The translations under genes were made by a program, and so were the position numbers. A stretch of 64,000 bases of DNA from a virus, in IMG/VR virus record IMGVR_UViG_3300029571_000009, positions 1 through 64,000 of that record; one strand, 5' to 3'. Below are positions 38,165 to 48,548 of this stretch, one piece after another; positions within the stretch are counted from its first letter, which is position 1; each line of letters begins with the position of its first letter. The notes under the pieces are model-generated. The model had not been told where the DNA came from. It did not search any database and saw only the letters and a list, made by a program, of their open reading frames with translations.

Positions 38165-39187
38165 TTAAAAAATAGATTTAGCAATTATATCAGCAGCCAT
38201 ATCATTATACTGATTTAAATTATTTTTCAAATATATTTTTGTTGTTTCTGTTCTAGCATGTCCTAATAACTGCTGAACCACATATATATTTTCATCTGTC
38301 TTTTCCAACATAATATTAGCAAATGATGCTCTTAACTTATGGGGCGTTACCGAATATCCAAGAGCTTCCTTTGTGTATTTTATTACAATATCCGACAATG
38401 ATCTTTGTGTCATACGAGTTTTTGATTTTGAAATGAATAATGCATCTTCATTTTTATCTATAATTCTTTTTCGATCACTTATCCATTCTGAGACTGCATT
38501 TTCTAATTGAGAACTCATAGAAAATGTTTTTTCTTTATGTCCTTTCTCTATAACACTTTTAATAGAATGATTCTCAAAGTCGATATCTTCAATATTTATT
38601 TCGCTTAATGCTGTTTCACGTATTCCAGTTTGCATAAATAGCATCATAATTGCTCTGTCTCTCGATTTCCATTTATATTGCATAGCAACTGACCTTCTAT
38701 TTCCTGCTCCACATTCTACAGCCAATAGTACTTCTTTTAAATCATCTTCGTCTAAGAATTTTCTATTAACAAAATCTTCTCCACGAACCCTTTTTATTTT
38801 ATTCATAGGATTTTCAGTTATATAATCATTCTCTATTAAGAAATCAAAAAAACTTTTTAGTACACTATGATAACACTTCCTATAAGATAATGAAGATTGT
38901 TTTTTATTTCCATTGTTATCTGTTATATATTCTATTGAATCCAAAAAACGAGTAATATCAAACTTTGTTACTTCTGTAGCTTTAATATGTCTAATATCAC
39001 TCGAATCAATAAAATATAAAAATTTTGCTATTTTTCTTATATATTCTCTACATGCTGTTGGTTGCCTTCCTGATTTGAACTCATAATAATATTCAGTTAC
39101 ATATTGTGGTAATGTAGATAATATTTCTTTTATATTTTTTTCAATTTGTAATGAATGCTCTAATCTACCTTTCATTTTTATCACCAT
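38165..39187 (-). CDS. tyrosine recombinase (XerC/D-like or second integrase)
   Basis: C-terminal HKLRASFA...LLGHARTETTKIY catalytic signature. Confidence 0.7.
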   Translation of the reverse strand: MVIKMKGRLEHSLQIEKNIKEILSTLPQYVTEYYYEFKSGRQPTACREYIRKIAKFLYFIDSSDIRHIKATEVTKFDITRFLDSIEYITDNNGNKKQSSLSYRKCYHSVLKSFFDFLIENDYITENPMNKIKRVRGEDFVNRKFLDEDDLKEVLLAVECGAGNRRSVAMQYKWKSRDRAIMMLFMQTGIRETALSEINIEDIDFENHSIKSVIEKGHKEKTFSMSSQLENAVSEWISDRKRIIDKNEDALFISKSKTRMTQRSLSDIVIKYTKEALGYSVTPHKLRASFANIMLEKTDENIYVVQQLLGHARTETTKIYLKNNLNQYNDMAADIIAKSIF

Positions 39188-39190
39188 CCT

Positions 39191-39568
39191 TTATAGCATA
39201 TTATTTAATTTTTCAATGCTATCTAATAATTTTTTCAAACTATTTGTAGTGTCTTCAATTGTTTTAGATAAATCTTCTACATCTTCATTTTCTTTTTTAT
39301 CAGTTTCCTTATTTAAGCAGTCTTCAAAAACATGACCACCATTTTCAATATACATATTAAACAACATATCACCTGGAACTGTTTCAAATAATTTTCCATT
39401 ATGATAAATCTCGTAATCAGGTACTTCATTTATAGGCGCTTTAAATCTAAATATACATAAAATAGCAAATTGCGTATCATCATAGCTGTCAAAATAATTT
39501 TTTTTCTCTGGTTTATCACTTGCAATATAATACCATTCTTTCATTATTTTATCTCCTTTATTTTTCAC
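39191..39568 (-). CDS. hypothetical protein
   Basis: 125 aa ORF. Confidence 0.45.
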   Translation of the reverse strand: MKNKGDKIMKEWYYIASDKPEKKNYFDSYDDTQFAILCIFRFKAPINEVPDYEIYHNGKLFETVPGDMLFNMYIENGGHVFEDCLNKETDKKENEDVEDLSKTIEDTTNSLKKLLDSIEKLNNML

Positions 39569-40319
39569 TTCGTCTATATTTTACTCTTGCTTCCCCTTCT
39601 TCTATAAATTTATCTTTTAAAGAGTCAGCCATTGGGCGTAAAGTTGTTTCGTAATATAATTTTTGTTTATACCATGTACTATATGGTTCAGCCATATGTT
39701 CATAATATTCTTTTACATATTTATGGAAAAATTTATTTATATCTTCTATTAAAGCACCTTGACCTAGCATTTGTTCAATTGTTCCATCTGATAGTCGAAC
39801 AATTTTCTTTGTTTCAGGATCAAATAATACGGAAAATGATTGTTGACAAATTCCATAGCCAGACCATAAATGTAACATTTTATAATGTTCTTCAGTAAAA
39901 ATCATATATCTTTCAACGTATAATTTTCCCGTTTTAAAATCTTTATATTTTATTCCTGGATATTCTTCTTTTCTATGCTCATCGTCTCCGTATTTAATAT
40001 GTGTTCTATCACTTTCCCCTCGTAATGCTTTCGCTTTTTCTTCCTGATATTTTTGTTCAACTCTACGAACTGTAATATTTTGAGTATATCTACCAGTTTG
40101 TGCATCTTTAAGCCAAACATCACCATTATAATCTCTCTCAGTTACCATAATATGATTGGTAGACAAGTCTCTTTTGTTCATATTATGATCTAAATAAGTG
40201 TTGGTTTCATTATTTCTATATCTCGTCTTATGATCATTATCTTCTATAATATTTTTTACATCATTGACACCTTTACAACCAATTCCAAATATTGTATAAA
40301 ATAATCCGAATAAACTCAT
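39558..40319 (-). CDS. hypothetical protein, N-terminal signal or TM segment
   Basis: 253 aa; N-terminus MSLFGLFYTIFGIGC. Confidence 0.5.
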   Translation of the reverse strand: MSLFGLFYTIFGIGCKGVNDVKNIIEDNDHKTRYRNNETNTYLDHNMNKRDLSTNHIMVTERDYNGDVWLKDAQTGRYTQNITVRRVEQKYQEEKAKALRGESDRTHIKYGDDEHRKEEYPGIKYKDFKTGKLYVERYMIFTEEHYKMLHLWSGYGICQQSFSVLFDPETKKIVRLSDGTIEQMLGQGALIEDINKFFHKYVKEYYEHMAEPYSTWYKQKLYYETTLRPMADSLKDKFIEEGEARVKYRRSEK

Positions 40320-40532
40320 ATAATTAACCGCCTTTCTTATTCTTTATAATCTTCACCAAAATGTTTTTTCATAAATTCTTCTGCATTTCTTTCTGCATTA
40401 TTTTTTTCTTCTTTTTTATTATCTATAAATATTGCGATTACAAACATTAATATTATTATACTTATAACTGTACCCATAATCCAAATCCTCCTATTTAACT
40501 ATTCACGTATCACTATTACTATTCTAATTCTA

Positions 40533-40766
40533 TCATATGATTTTAAATTTTGCACTATATATCCAAGTATTGTAGTGATCCATAGTAATGAAATTTAATA
40601 CATTCTCAAATCCCTTTATTACATCCGTTGCAAACAAAAATCCTTTACTGTATCCCTCGTAATTATTATTAGGAATAATTGTAACGTACTTTCCATTCTT
40701 ATGTACTTCATGTCCTCTCTTAGCCATTTCCTTCTTAAATTCTTTGTAATCAAACATATTCATCAC
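40533..40766 (-). CDS. hypothetical protein
   Basis: 77 aa ORF. Confidence 0.4.
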   Translation of the reverse strand: MMNMFDYKEFKKEMAKRGHEVHKNGKYVTIIPNNNYEGYSKGFLFATDVIKGFENVLNFITMDHYNTWIYSAKFKII

Positions 40767-40859
40767 AACCTTTCACTGTAAATTATCCATTCCTTTCCAT
40801 AAAAAAATAAGAGACTGGATATTTTCAATCTCTTATATGTTCTCTAAATTATTCAATTA

Positions 40860-41057
40860 TTATAATTTCTCATCCTCAATATCTTCTAAGCTGTCAATTC
40901 CTAACTCATCCATAATATCTTCACAAAGACAACTTCCATCGCATTCAGCTCCATCATACATAACAGTCATCTCTTCAACATTTAAAACATAACGGCTTTC
41001 TTTCTGTTGCTTAAATAACTTTAGTACCTGTCTTAATAAATATTCTTTCCTATCCAT
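40860..41057 (-). CDS. hypothetical acidic protein
   Basis: 65 aa ORF. Confidence 0.35.
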   Translation of the reverse strand: MDRKEYLLRQVLKLFKQQKESRYVLNVEEMTVMYDGAECDGSCLCEDIMDELGIDSLEDIEDEKL

Positions 41058-41266
41058 AACTTTTCTACCTTTCCTTAAACAAATTCAATGACAATTGCCC
41101 TATAAAATACTCCATCGACATTCTCAATCAATATTGTTTCATCCTGATCGCCTGTCATCATTCTTATATCGCTTACGTCAAGTATTACGACTTCTCCATC
41201 CATATATAAGTCTTTAAATTTTATTTTCATTTAATAACTCCTTCTGAAATTTCCGTTTCGTTGCTT

Positions 41267-41899
41267 TTAGAATAATGGTGCAAATAAATAAGAATAATCA
41301 TCTTCTACAAACGATTTAATTTCTTCAGGTGTCATAAGTGTAGCCATTTTATCAATCTTTTTAATATTCCTTTCGGTATATGAGATTGTTTTCTTATTCA
41401 TATACTCATAAGGAATATGCCAATCTGGATGATCTTTATTTTCACAATTCCATTTCATGTAATTCTCGCCATTCATAGGCTCGCCTTCATTATAATATTT
41501 CATAAAGCAATATTTAATTCCAGCATCTGTTATATCAATAAAAAGCTGTCCATCATTATTTGGTTGTCCAAATAAAAGCTGTAAGTCTCCGTCAAATTCT
41601 TCAACTTCTTTAAGAATATCAGAACTAAATACAATATCCTTCATGTCAAAATTCGTTTCACAGAAACGTTTTAGCTTTTCAAGCTTTTCATTGTCATTGA
41701 AACAGTATTTATATTCCATAAATTCATCTTTAATTTCCTCTATAATGTATCTTGCACGACTAATCATTCTCTCACCGTAATTCCACTGGAAATATCTTGC
41801 GATTAAACCTTTAAAGTTCTGCGTTTTTGGATGATCCGTTGCCGAACCATACACATAGTTTACATTATATCTTATATAAATTTGGCTTCTCTGTCCCAT
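41267..41899 (-). CDS. hypothetical protein
   Basis: 210 aa ORF. Confidence 0.5.
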   Translation of the reverse strand: MGQRSQIYIRYNVNYVYGSATDHPKTQNFKGLIARYFQWNYGERMISRARYIIEEIKDEFMEYKYCFNDNEKLEKLKRFCETNFDMKDIVFSSDILKEVEEFDGDLQLLFGQPNNDGQLFIDITDAGIKYCFMKYYNEGEPMNGENYMKWNCENKDHPDWHIPYEYMNKKTISYTERNIKKIDKMATLMTPEEIKSFVEDDYSYLFAPLF

Positions 41900-41948
41900 A
41901 TTATCACCATTTTAACCTTTCTAATTTCCTTGTAAATCATCGTTTCAT

Positions 41949-42140
41949 TTACTCATCAAGAATACCTATCATAGATGGTATTTGACACACTTTTAGCTCA
42001 CCATCAAATAATTCTCTATGTTCTTTGGATTCAAAATATCTTTTTGCTTTATTATAAGCATCTCTTTTTGAATCTGCTTTTACTTCAATCATTCTATCGT
42101 GGAATATTGCTATATAATTTCCATCTTTAATTCTTACCAT
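41949..42140 (-). CDS. hypothetical protein
   Basis: 63 aa ORF. Confidence 0.35.
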   Translation of the reverse strand: MVRIKDGNYIAIFHDRMIEVKADSKRDAYNKAKRYFESKEHRELFDGELKVCQIPSMIGILDE

Positions 42141-42154
42141 AATGCATCTCTCCT

Positions 42155-42418
42155 TTATAATAAGCTCTGAACATTTGATACTAAATCAAAATATTCCATT
42201 CCGTATAGTTTGGCGACATTATTTCCATCGTATCTTTCTTTTTGCTCAGTCGCATCCTCACAAGGAATTTCAATTCCTTTTTTATCTAAAAGTTCTTCAA
42301 ATAATTCGACAATTTCTGTTGCCAATTTATTTTTCTTTCCTTCGTTTATTTCTTCGTTTGTTAAATTTTGAATTCTTCTCAATTCGTCAACATAGTTACT
42401 CATAATATATACCTCCAT
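42155..42418 (-). CDS. hypothetical protein
   Basis: 87 aa ORF. Confidence 0.4.
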   Translation of the reverse strand: MEVYIMSNYVDELRRIQNLTNEEINEGKKNKLATEIVELFEELLDKKGIEIPCEDATEQKERYDGNNVAKLYGMEYFDLVSNVQSLL

Positions 42419-42442
42419 TCTTCACAGTAAATCCTCATTTCA

Positions 42443-42721
42443 TCAAATTTTATACTTTGCAACCGCATCTTCCCAATTGGCAATGATACAGATTTTGTCA
42501 ATTTCTTCAGCAATTTGCTCTATTTGTTTTGCCGTATTACAAAACGTACCTTTAAGACCTCGACCGAAAGCTAGTTGTATATCATCCAAAGTCTTTTCCT
42601 TTTTTAATTTTAGATTGTATCGTCTGAGAAGATCTGGTAATTTTTCTTTATGGATAATTCCATAATGATTATCCCATTCCAACCATAAGGCTTCTGCAAA
42701 TAATTCTTGTGGTAATCGCAT
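42443..42721 (-). CDS. hypothetical protein
   Basis: 92 aa ORF. Confidence 0.4.
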   Translation of the reverse strand: MRLPQELFAEALWLEWDNHYGIIHKEKLPDLLRRYNLKLKKEKTLDDIQLAFGRGLKGTFCNTAKQIEQIAEEIDKICIIANWEDAVAKYKI

Positions 42722-42766
42722 ATTATATCCTCCATTCTTCCAAAGAAACAGTTCTTTCTTTTGGTT

Positions 42767-42973
42767 TTAATCTTCATAAAAACTACGTTTTGCCTGCATC
42801 AGTTCACCATATCTCGCTTCTGCTAATATCTGCCATCTTCCTAAACTATGATCCGATCTCACATTTTCTGTAAATTTTCTAACGTCATCCCAAAATGTTT
42901 CCATATTGTGTAGTGTCCTTAATTTCTTAATCTTTGCATAATCTGCACTTTCCATAACATAACTTTCCAACAT
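42767..42973 (-). CDS. hypothetical protein
   Basis: 68 aa ORF. Confidence 0.35.
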   Translation of the reverse strand: MLESYVMESADYAKIKKLRTLHNMETFWDDVRKFTENVRSDHSLGRWQILAEARYGELMQAKRSFYED

Positions 42974-43002
42974 ATAACCACTCCTTCCAAAAGTAAGGTG
43001 GC

Positions 43003-44190
43003 TTATGCCACCTCACCTCTAATTCTCTTTGTAAATTCTGCACTATAATCTTCACTCCCAATGTTTACAGGTAATACTAAAATCTTATACTCATCTCCAT
43101 TGATAAGTAATGGTGCTTTGTTACCTGTACCAAAACATAAAGGGTTATCAGAATCAACAATGTTAAATGCATCTGTTAGAAACTGCGGATCAAAACCAAT
43201 ATAGAAGTTGTCCTTCATGTTATTTTCGCTTGTCTCAAATTCATCAAATGCCTCATATTTACCTGCTGCAATGTATGAATATAAATTTCCATTCTCACTA
43301 TGTAATACGACTGGTTTCTTATCTGCACCAGATGTTTTTCTTAATTCTGTGTCATACTTCATTGCATCAAGAATCTGTTTTCTATCAGGTACAAATCTAT
43401 AATCATCAGACATATCAAGCATTGAATCTACTTTGAAATACTCTCCGTCAATTCTACGGATAATGTATGTAAAATCATTTCCTTCAACCTTGATATATTT
43501 CTTATCCTGATAGATTTCAATTTCCTTTTCAGATTTCTTATCCATCAGCTTCTTAAATACAGGAACACACTTGTTATGAATTTTTACTGTATCAAATGGA
43601 CTTTCCGTTGTCTCATAAATGGTCTGATTTTCAAGTGTTCTCATTCCAATTCTATGACCATCAAGAGCTTCAATTCTCTTTGACTTTGTATTAAAATTAA
43701 ATACCTGCATCATCTTTCGGTTGTCATCATCTGCTGTATATGTATTAAGATTAACAACCGTTTCAAGTAACCAATTTCCCTTTATAGACATAATTTTCTT
43801 TTCACTTTCATCCATTGACGGAAGGAAAATATCTGTGTTCTGATAACGTGGGATTGTAACAATTTTCTTTCCACACTTAATATTGATTTTACCTACTTCC
43901 ATATCTTCTGTGGTTACATCCTCTAATGTAATTTCACCACTCATTTTTGAAATGATTTTAATATCATCCACATCAATTCCAAGAACTCCTGGGTGAGCAT
44001 CATAAACATTATCTGTTCTGACTTCTGCCCAATGCTCTATATCAGTTCCCCAAACTTTGAGAATTCCATTTTCATCTATCTGGAAATACAATCTTGTCAA
44101 TGTAGAAAGAGGTGCTTTTTTATTAATTGCAGCCATTCCCTTCTCCATCATTACCTTTAAATCCTTTGCATTCATTGTAAATTTCATCAT
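43003..44190 (-). CDS. dnaN: DNA polymerase III beta subunit-like sliding clamp
   Basis: N-terminus MKFTMNAKDL...LSTLTRLYFQIDENGILKVWGTDIEHWAEV follows the DnaN pattern; 395 aa. Confidence 0.6.
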   Translation of the reverse strand: MMKFTMNAKDLKVMMEKGMAAINKKAPLSTLTRLYFQIDENGILKVWGTDIEHWAEVRTDNVYDAHPGVLGIDVDDIKIISKMSGEITLEDVTTEDMEVGKINIKCGKKIVTIPRYQNTDIFLPSMDESEKKIMSIKGNWLLETVVNLNTYTADDDNRKMMQVFNFNTKSKRIEALDGHRIGMRTLENQTIYETTESPFDTVKIHNKCVPVFKKLMDKKSEKEIEIYQDKKYIKVEGNDFTYIIRRIDGEYFKVDSMLDMSDDYRFVPDRKQILDAMKYDTELRKTSGADKKPVVLHSENGNLYSYIAAGKYEAFDEFETSENNMKDNFYIGFDPQFLTDAFNIVDSDNPLCFGTGNKAPLLINGDEYKILVLPVNIGSEDYSAEFTKRIRGEVA

Positions 44191-44379
44191 AGTTATCTAC
44201 CAACCTTTCTTATATTAACTTTACTTTGTTGATTGAAATCGTCATACATATACCAAAATCTGGTTTGTTATCAGAAACAAGATATACAAAATCTTTTTTC
44301 TTTTTATGTACTGTAAAATATTTTCCCCATGTTTCATCAGGATTAAGTAATTTTACTTTTGTACCTTTTCGTAATGTTT

Positions 44380-44619
44380 TCATTTAATCACCTCGATTCT
44401 TTCACAGTGACAACATTTGAAATCACTTTTCTGATTCCAACATTCTTCACCACTTCCTGCATAGACATCACAATAATCGCAACCATTCCAATTTGGCTTT
44501 GCTCTACAAATATTTTTTGTTTTATGTTTTGTTGTGTCTAATAAATAGTGTTTCCGTAATCTTTCTGCATTATCATAATCAGTCATTTCATTCTCCTTTC
44601 TAATAAATAAGACAGACAC
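44380..44619 (-). CDS. hypothetical Cys-rich protein
   Basis: 79 aa, CDYCDVY...CCHCE. Confidence 0.4.
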   Translation of the reverse strand: MSVLFIRKENEMTDYDNAERLRKHYLLDTTKHKTKNICRAKPNWNGCDYCDVYAGSGEECWNQKSDFKCCHCERIEVIK

Positions 44620-44638
44620 ATTTGTTTGCGTCTGCCTT
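44609..44638 (-). terminator. possible terminator hairpin after an unlisted 55-aa acidic ORF (about 44655..44822)
   Basis: imperfect 9 bp stem around GACAGAC/GTCTGCC with a 12 nt loop and an A/T-rich flank. Confidence 0.3.
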
Positions 44639-44874
44639 ATTATTCTCTGTATTACTTATTCAAAATCTACATCATTATCTACGACCTGTGTATCATCAGG
44701 ATCTGACCAATCAAATTCTCCATCGCTCATATTCTCTGCTTTTTCAATAGCTTCATTTTCTGTCTCAGCTTCTACAACTGCATATCCATATTTAACTACC
44801 ATTACTCTCATTTTAGCCATAATTGCCACCTTTTACCTTTCTAAATTTTCACTGTAAATTACAATTTCCTAAGA

Positions 44875-45198
44875 CTACATTTCTTCGTTATTGTATGTAT
44901 AATCAAAATCTCCATATTTTAATTCAGAATTAATATTGTCTCTTGTTTCCGTTTCCCAATCCTGTCTAAATAATTTCGCTTGTTGTTTCGGAGTATTCTC
45001 TTTTTCTTTACATATAATATGTTCTCCATCCCAATCATGATAAGTAGTAACTGGTTTATATTCCATGTTACCTTCTTCAATTTCCTTTGAGATTTTCATT
45101 TTTAACTTTTGTTGTGATGTTCCAATGAAAAGAAGTCGCATACTAGAATACTCTTTCCATTCATTACAGCTATGTAAATAATATATTTGCTGTGCCAT
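44875..45198 (-). CDS. hypothetical protein
   Basis: 107 aa ORF. Confidence 0.45.
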   Translation of the reverse strand: MAQQIYYLHSCNEWKEYSSMRLLFIGTSQQKLKMKISKEIEEGNMEYKPVTTYHDWDGEHIICKEKENTPKQQAKLFRQDWETETRDNINSELKYGDFDYTYNNEEM

Positions 45199-45210
45199 AG
45201 TATCACTCCT

Positions 45211-45600
45211 TTACATGTGTGTCTGAAAGAATTTCTCTTCCATCAACTTAACTCTTTCTTCAAATGGTAAATCTCTATTGTTGTCCCATATTACATAAAA
45301 TGGATTCATAACTCCACCATAGCCAATACTAGGAATATCTAACATATATTCACACTTCTGTCTTGTAGTTTTCTGATTCCATTTCTCTAAAAATTCTGCC
45401 TTGCTTCGTTCTGCTGTTTTCTTTATCTTTTCCATTGCATCGGCTGGAATATAATCTTCAGGAACATAAAACTTAATTACCCCATGATTAGAAATATGTG
45501 CAATAGTTTTATAATCTCCATGTTCATATACTGCTTTATTACATACAGTAGTTCCATTACCCATACAACCCATAAATAATTCAAATTTCTGTGCTGCCAT
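45211..45600 (-). CDS. hypothetical protein
   Basis: 129 aa ORF. Confidence 0.45.
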   Translation of the reverse strand: MAAQKFELFMGCMGNGTTVCNKAVYEHGDYKTIAHISNHGVIKFYVPEDYIPADAMEKIKKTAERSKAEFLEKWNQKTTRQKCEYMLDIPSIGYGGVMNPFYVIWDNNRDLPFEERVKLMEEKFFQTHM

Positions 45601-45612
45601 TTGCGTTTTCTC

Positions 45613-45963
45613 CTATAATCCAAGTACAAAACAATCTCTCTGATGATTCCAAAGATGTGCTTTTAAATCTGCAAGAGTTTTTGTCCCATTCTTCAACGCT
45701 TCATAATCTGCCTTTATCATGTCTTTTGTATATTCTCCCCAACTATAAATAGATGACCGAAATTCTTTCCCTTTTTGTGAATACCACCCTTTACCTTCCG
45801 GAAAAGTATTTTTAGCAACTGTACAAAATGTAATTATCATTCCGTTGTAATCGGGTAATTTGTGTTCTCTACTTAAATCGTGTAACTCAATTTCAATTCC
45901 ATCTGGTGTAATTGCTTTATCAAGAATTTGCATATTAATCACCTCAATTCTTATATCAGACAA
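45613..45963 (-). CDS. hypothetical protein
   Basis: 116 aa ORF. Confidence 0.45.
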   Translation of the reverse strand: MSDIRIEVINMQILDKAITPDGIEIELHDLSREHKLPDYNGMIITFCTVAKNTFPEGKGWYSQKGKEFRSSIYSWGEYTKDMIKADYEALKNGTKTLADLKAHLWNHQRDCFVLGL

Positions 45964-46994
45964 TTATCATAATCATAAATATCTGGATAAGTCTGTCTAA
46001 TTGTATATTTATTGCCTCTGTTACTTGCAAACACTATATCTTCCGTTTCCTTGTTGATGAACTTACAAAGATGGTCAACATCCTTTCTGTGATAATTTCT
46101 GTTAATAAGCACATCTGCCATATCAGAATATGATTTTTCATAACAGCAATCACAATTATAAAATTCATTTCCTGTTCTCTTCTTTACATAAAGTAACTTA
46201 TCCCATTTCTCTTTCATAGGAAACTTTTTGATAAGTGCTGCAACCACCTTTTCTCTTGCAGTTCTTTGATCATACATTGTTCCATAAGTCTTATCATCAA
46301 ACCAATTTCCAAGATACATATAAGACTGAATCCATGCTCTATCCTTTACCCAAGGTGTATCCTGCATTACATAAGGTGAATCAGTACATACAAACTCGTA
46401 CCACTCAACACCACAATATTCATGTTTATGTTTTACCTTCGTGAACTGATATTTATGACCTAAATACTCAAATTCTGTATCTGGAATAGGTTCATATTCA
46501 ATTTCCTTTTCTGCCCAACATCCTGTCCAATTTTCGTCATAATCTTTTGCCTTTTCAGGATATAAATCTGGATCTTTATAAGATAACAACCACTGATTTA
46601 TTTTCATTGTGGTATCTCCGTTCCAACACTCAGCCCAAAAGTTCTTAGTCAAGTCTTCCACATTATACTGAAGCTTTTCCTTTACCTTGTTCCATTCTCT
46701 TTTGATTATCGTTTCAAATTTTGGAAGTTTATTTCCATCCGCATTTGAATATCTGATTACTTCATTTCCATTTTCATCACAACAGATAAACATTACATCA
46801 TCTGCCATTGGTGCATTTAATTCACAGTAACCAAGCGGATCGCATACTGAATACCAAGTTCCCTCATTTCCATATGTATATCTTCCGTAATATCTATGTT
46901 TTCCTTCAATTTCTTCAACTGTTTTCCAAAGTTCTACATATTTGTCATCTTCGCCTCTATATAACTGAACTTTAATTTCTCTCATACTAATCAA
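45951..46994 (-). CDS. hypothetical Trp/Tyr-rich protein
   Basis: 347 aa ORF. Confidence 0.5.
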   Translation of the reverse strand: MISMREIKVQLYRGEDDKYVELWKTVEEIEGKHRYYGRYTYGNEGTWYSVCDPLGYCELNAPMADDVMFICCDENGNEVIRYSNADGNKLPKFETIIKREWNKVKEKLQYNVEDLTKNFWAECWNGDTTMKINQWLLSYKDPDLYPEKAKDYDENWTGCWAEKEIEYEPIPDTEFEYLGHKYQFTKVKHKHEYCGVEWYEFVCTDSPYVMQDTPWVKDRAWIQSYMYLGNWFDDKTYGTMYDQRTAREKVVAALIKKFPMKEKWDKLLYVKKRTGNEFYNCDCCYEKSYSDMADVLINRNYHRKDVDHLCKFINKETEDIVFASNRGNKYTIRQTYPDIYDYDNCLI

Positions 46995-47263
46995 CCTGCC
47001 TTTCTAATTTCCTTTAACATATTTGCCTTACACAATATCAGATTTTCTTTCATATCTTCAATTCGCATATCCATAAATTCTTTAAGTGCCTTATCAAACT
47101 GTTTTTCTGTAATGTCATGACCATAATTTGCAATCACAACATCCATAACTTCTCTATACGAAAAGCCATTAAATAATGTGTCATTCTCATGTATTGGTGA
47201 GTTATAAGTAAACTCTTTTCCATTCCGTGAATCCGTTTCAGGATCATATAACCATCTACTCAT
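46991..47263 (-). CDS. hypothetical protein
   Basis: 90 aa ORF, ATGA overlap with the upstream gene. Confidence 0.45.
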   Translation of the reverse strand: MSRWLYDPETDSRNGKEFTYNSPIHENDTLFNGFSYREVMDVVIANYGHDITEKQFDKALKEFMDMRIEDMKENLILCKANMLKEIRKAG

Positions 47264-47264
47264 A

Positions 47265-47537
47265 TTAAACCTCCTCTACAATTCCGTTTTTTGCGTTACT
47301 CCAATGGTACTTCTTTCCATTCTCCACATTCTCAAAGATTACTGAATATGAAAATGTTTCAAATGGTGTGAACACTTCTCCGTTGCAAGTTGTCGGTGAC
47401 TTCTCTGTATTCCAATCAATACCAAGCTTTCCATTATCTTCATGAACTGTAAATATAGTTCCATAGTTCCGTGTCTTAATCTCTCTGTTACATGTGTCAT
47501 ACATGTGCACTTTTACTTTGTCATTTACCTTCAACAT
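47265..47537 (-). CDS. hypothetical protein
   Basis: 90 aa ORF with an AAGGAGG RBS. Confidence 0.5.
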   Translation of the reverse strand: MLKVNDKVKVHMYDTCNREIKTRNYGTIFTVHEDNGKLGIDWNTEKSPTTCNGEVFTPFETFSYSVIFENVENGKKYHWSNAKNGIVEEV

Positions 47538-47736
47538 TCTGTATTCCTCCTTGTAATAAAATAGGCAGCTAGGTATTTATTCTCCTAACTGCCTTTGCGG
47601 TTACTTGTTATTCTGTTCTTCCTTTTTCTTTCCTCTTTCTCTAATATGCTCACACATTTCATCCGAAACGCCATGCTGTTTTAACTGTTTTGCAAAGCGT
47701 TCATAAAATGGTAAGTCTTTCCACCGTGGTTTTCCT

Positions 47737-48024
47737 TTAGCCATTATTCTCATCCTTTCTATAATTCACACTCATTGGATGCCAACTCATGTCAAACCCA
47801 AAATGATACTCCAAACATTCAACAATTTCATCTTCATTAAATGCAAGTGCTTTCATTTCCCTTATGATGATATTTTCAAAATCATCCTCATCATCAATTA
47901 ATCCCATAAGATAATTGATGAGATATTTTAACTTTTTACCATGCTTTCTATAATCTGCTAACTGTTTCCGTACATTTTCTGTTATCATTTTAATTACTCC
48001 AATCTTTGTAAATGTTAGTTTCAA
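47737..48024 (-). CDS. hypothetical protein
   Basis: 95 aa ORF. Confidence 0.45.
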   Translation of the reverse strand: MKLTFTKIGVIKMITENVRKQLADYRKHGKKLKYLINYLMGLIDDEDDFENIIIREMKALAFNEDEIVECLEYHFGFDMSWHPMSVNYRKDENNG

Positions 48025-48326
48025 CGCTTTATTTTCTTTGCAGTAGGTAGTTTATGTTCTTTTTCTTCAAACTGAAATAATTCATGTTCACAAGGAACAT
48101 ATAATTTTCCATTTTCTTTGCATAAGAATATGTCTAATTGACTGTCATTACTTGCTGAATAAAAATCTTTCCAACTATAATCATGTTTTTTCCAATCAAC
48201 ATCATAATCACATATCCCAAGTTCTCTATCGCTTCTGATATGTTTAGAGAATGTGCATATATCCTTCTTTTCTGATTCTTTTAGTTTTCTTACTGACTCA
48301 AAATGATATCCATTATATTCAAACAT
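48021..48326 (-). CDS. hypothetical protein
   Basis: 101 aa ORF. Confidence 0.45.
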   Translation of the reverse strand: MFEYNGYHFESVRKLKESEKKDICTFSKHIRSDRELGICDYDVDWKKHDYSWKDFYSASNDSQLDIFLCKENGKLYVPCEHELFQFEEKEHKLPTAKKIKR

Positions 48327-48548
48327 ATATTTCCTCCAATCTTTTAAAGAAATGCGAATTTCAAATACTCATTGTTCCATCCAAATAATCATTTAAGCCT
48401 TCAAAATAATCTTCGTTTGGCTGTTCCTGATGAACAAATCCCTGTTCACACTGTTCCTCATAAGCTGCCTTCTGTGTCTCTTTATAAATAATTTCATCAA
48501 TTCTATTCATTTTCTATTTCTCCAACTCTAATAAAATACACATTTTTG

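Noticed and set aside
47563-47594. Hairpin AGGCAG...CTGCCT as a terminator
   Set aside because: 6 bp stem with a 20 nt loop and a weak T-tract; too weak to list as a feature.
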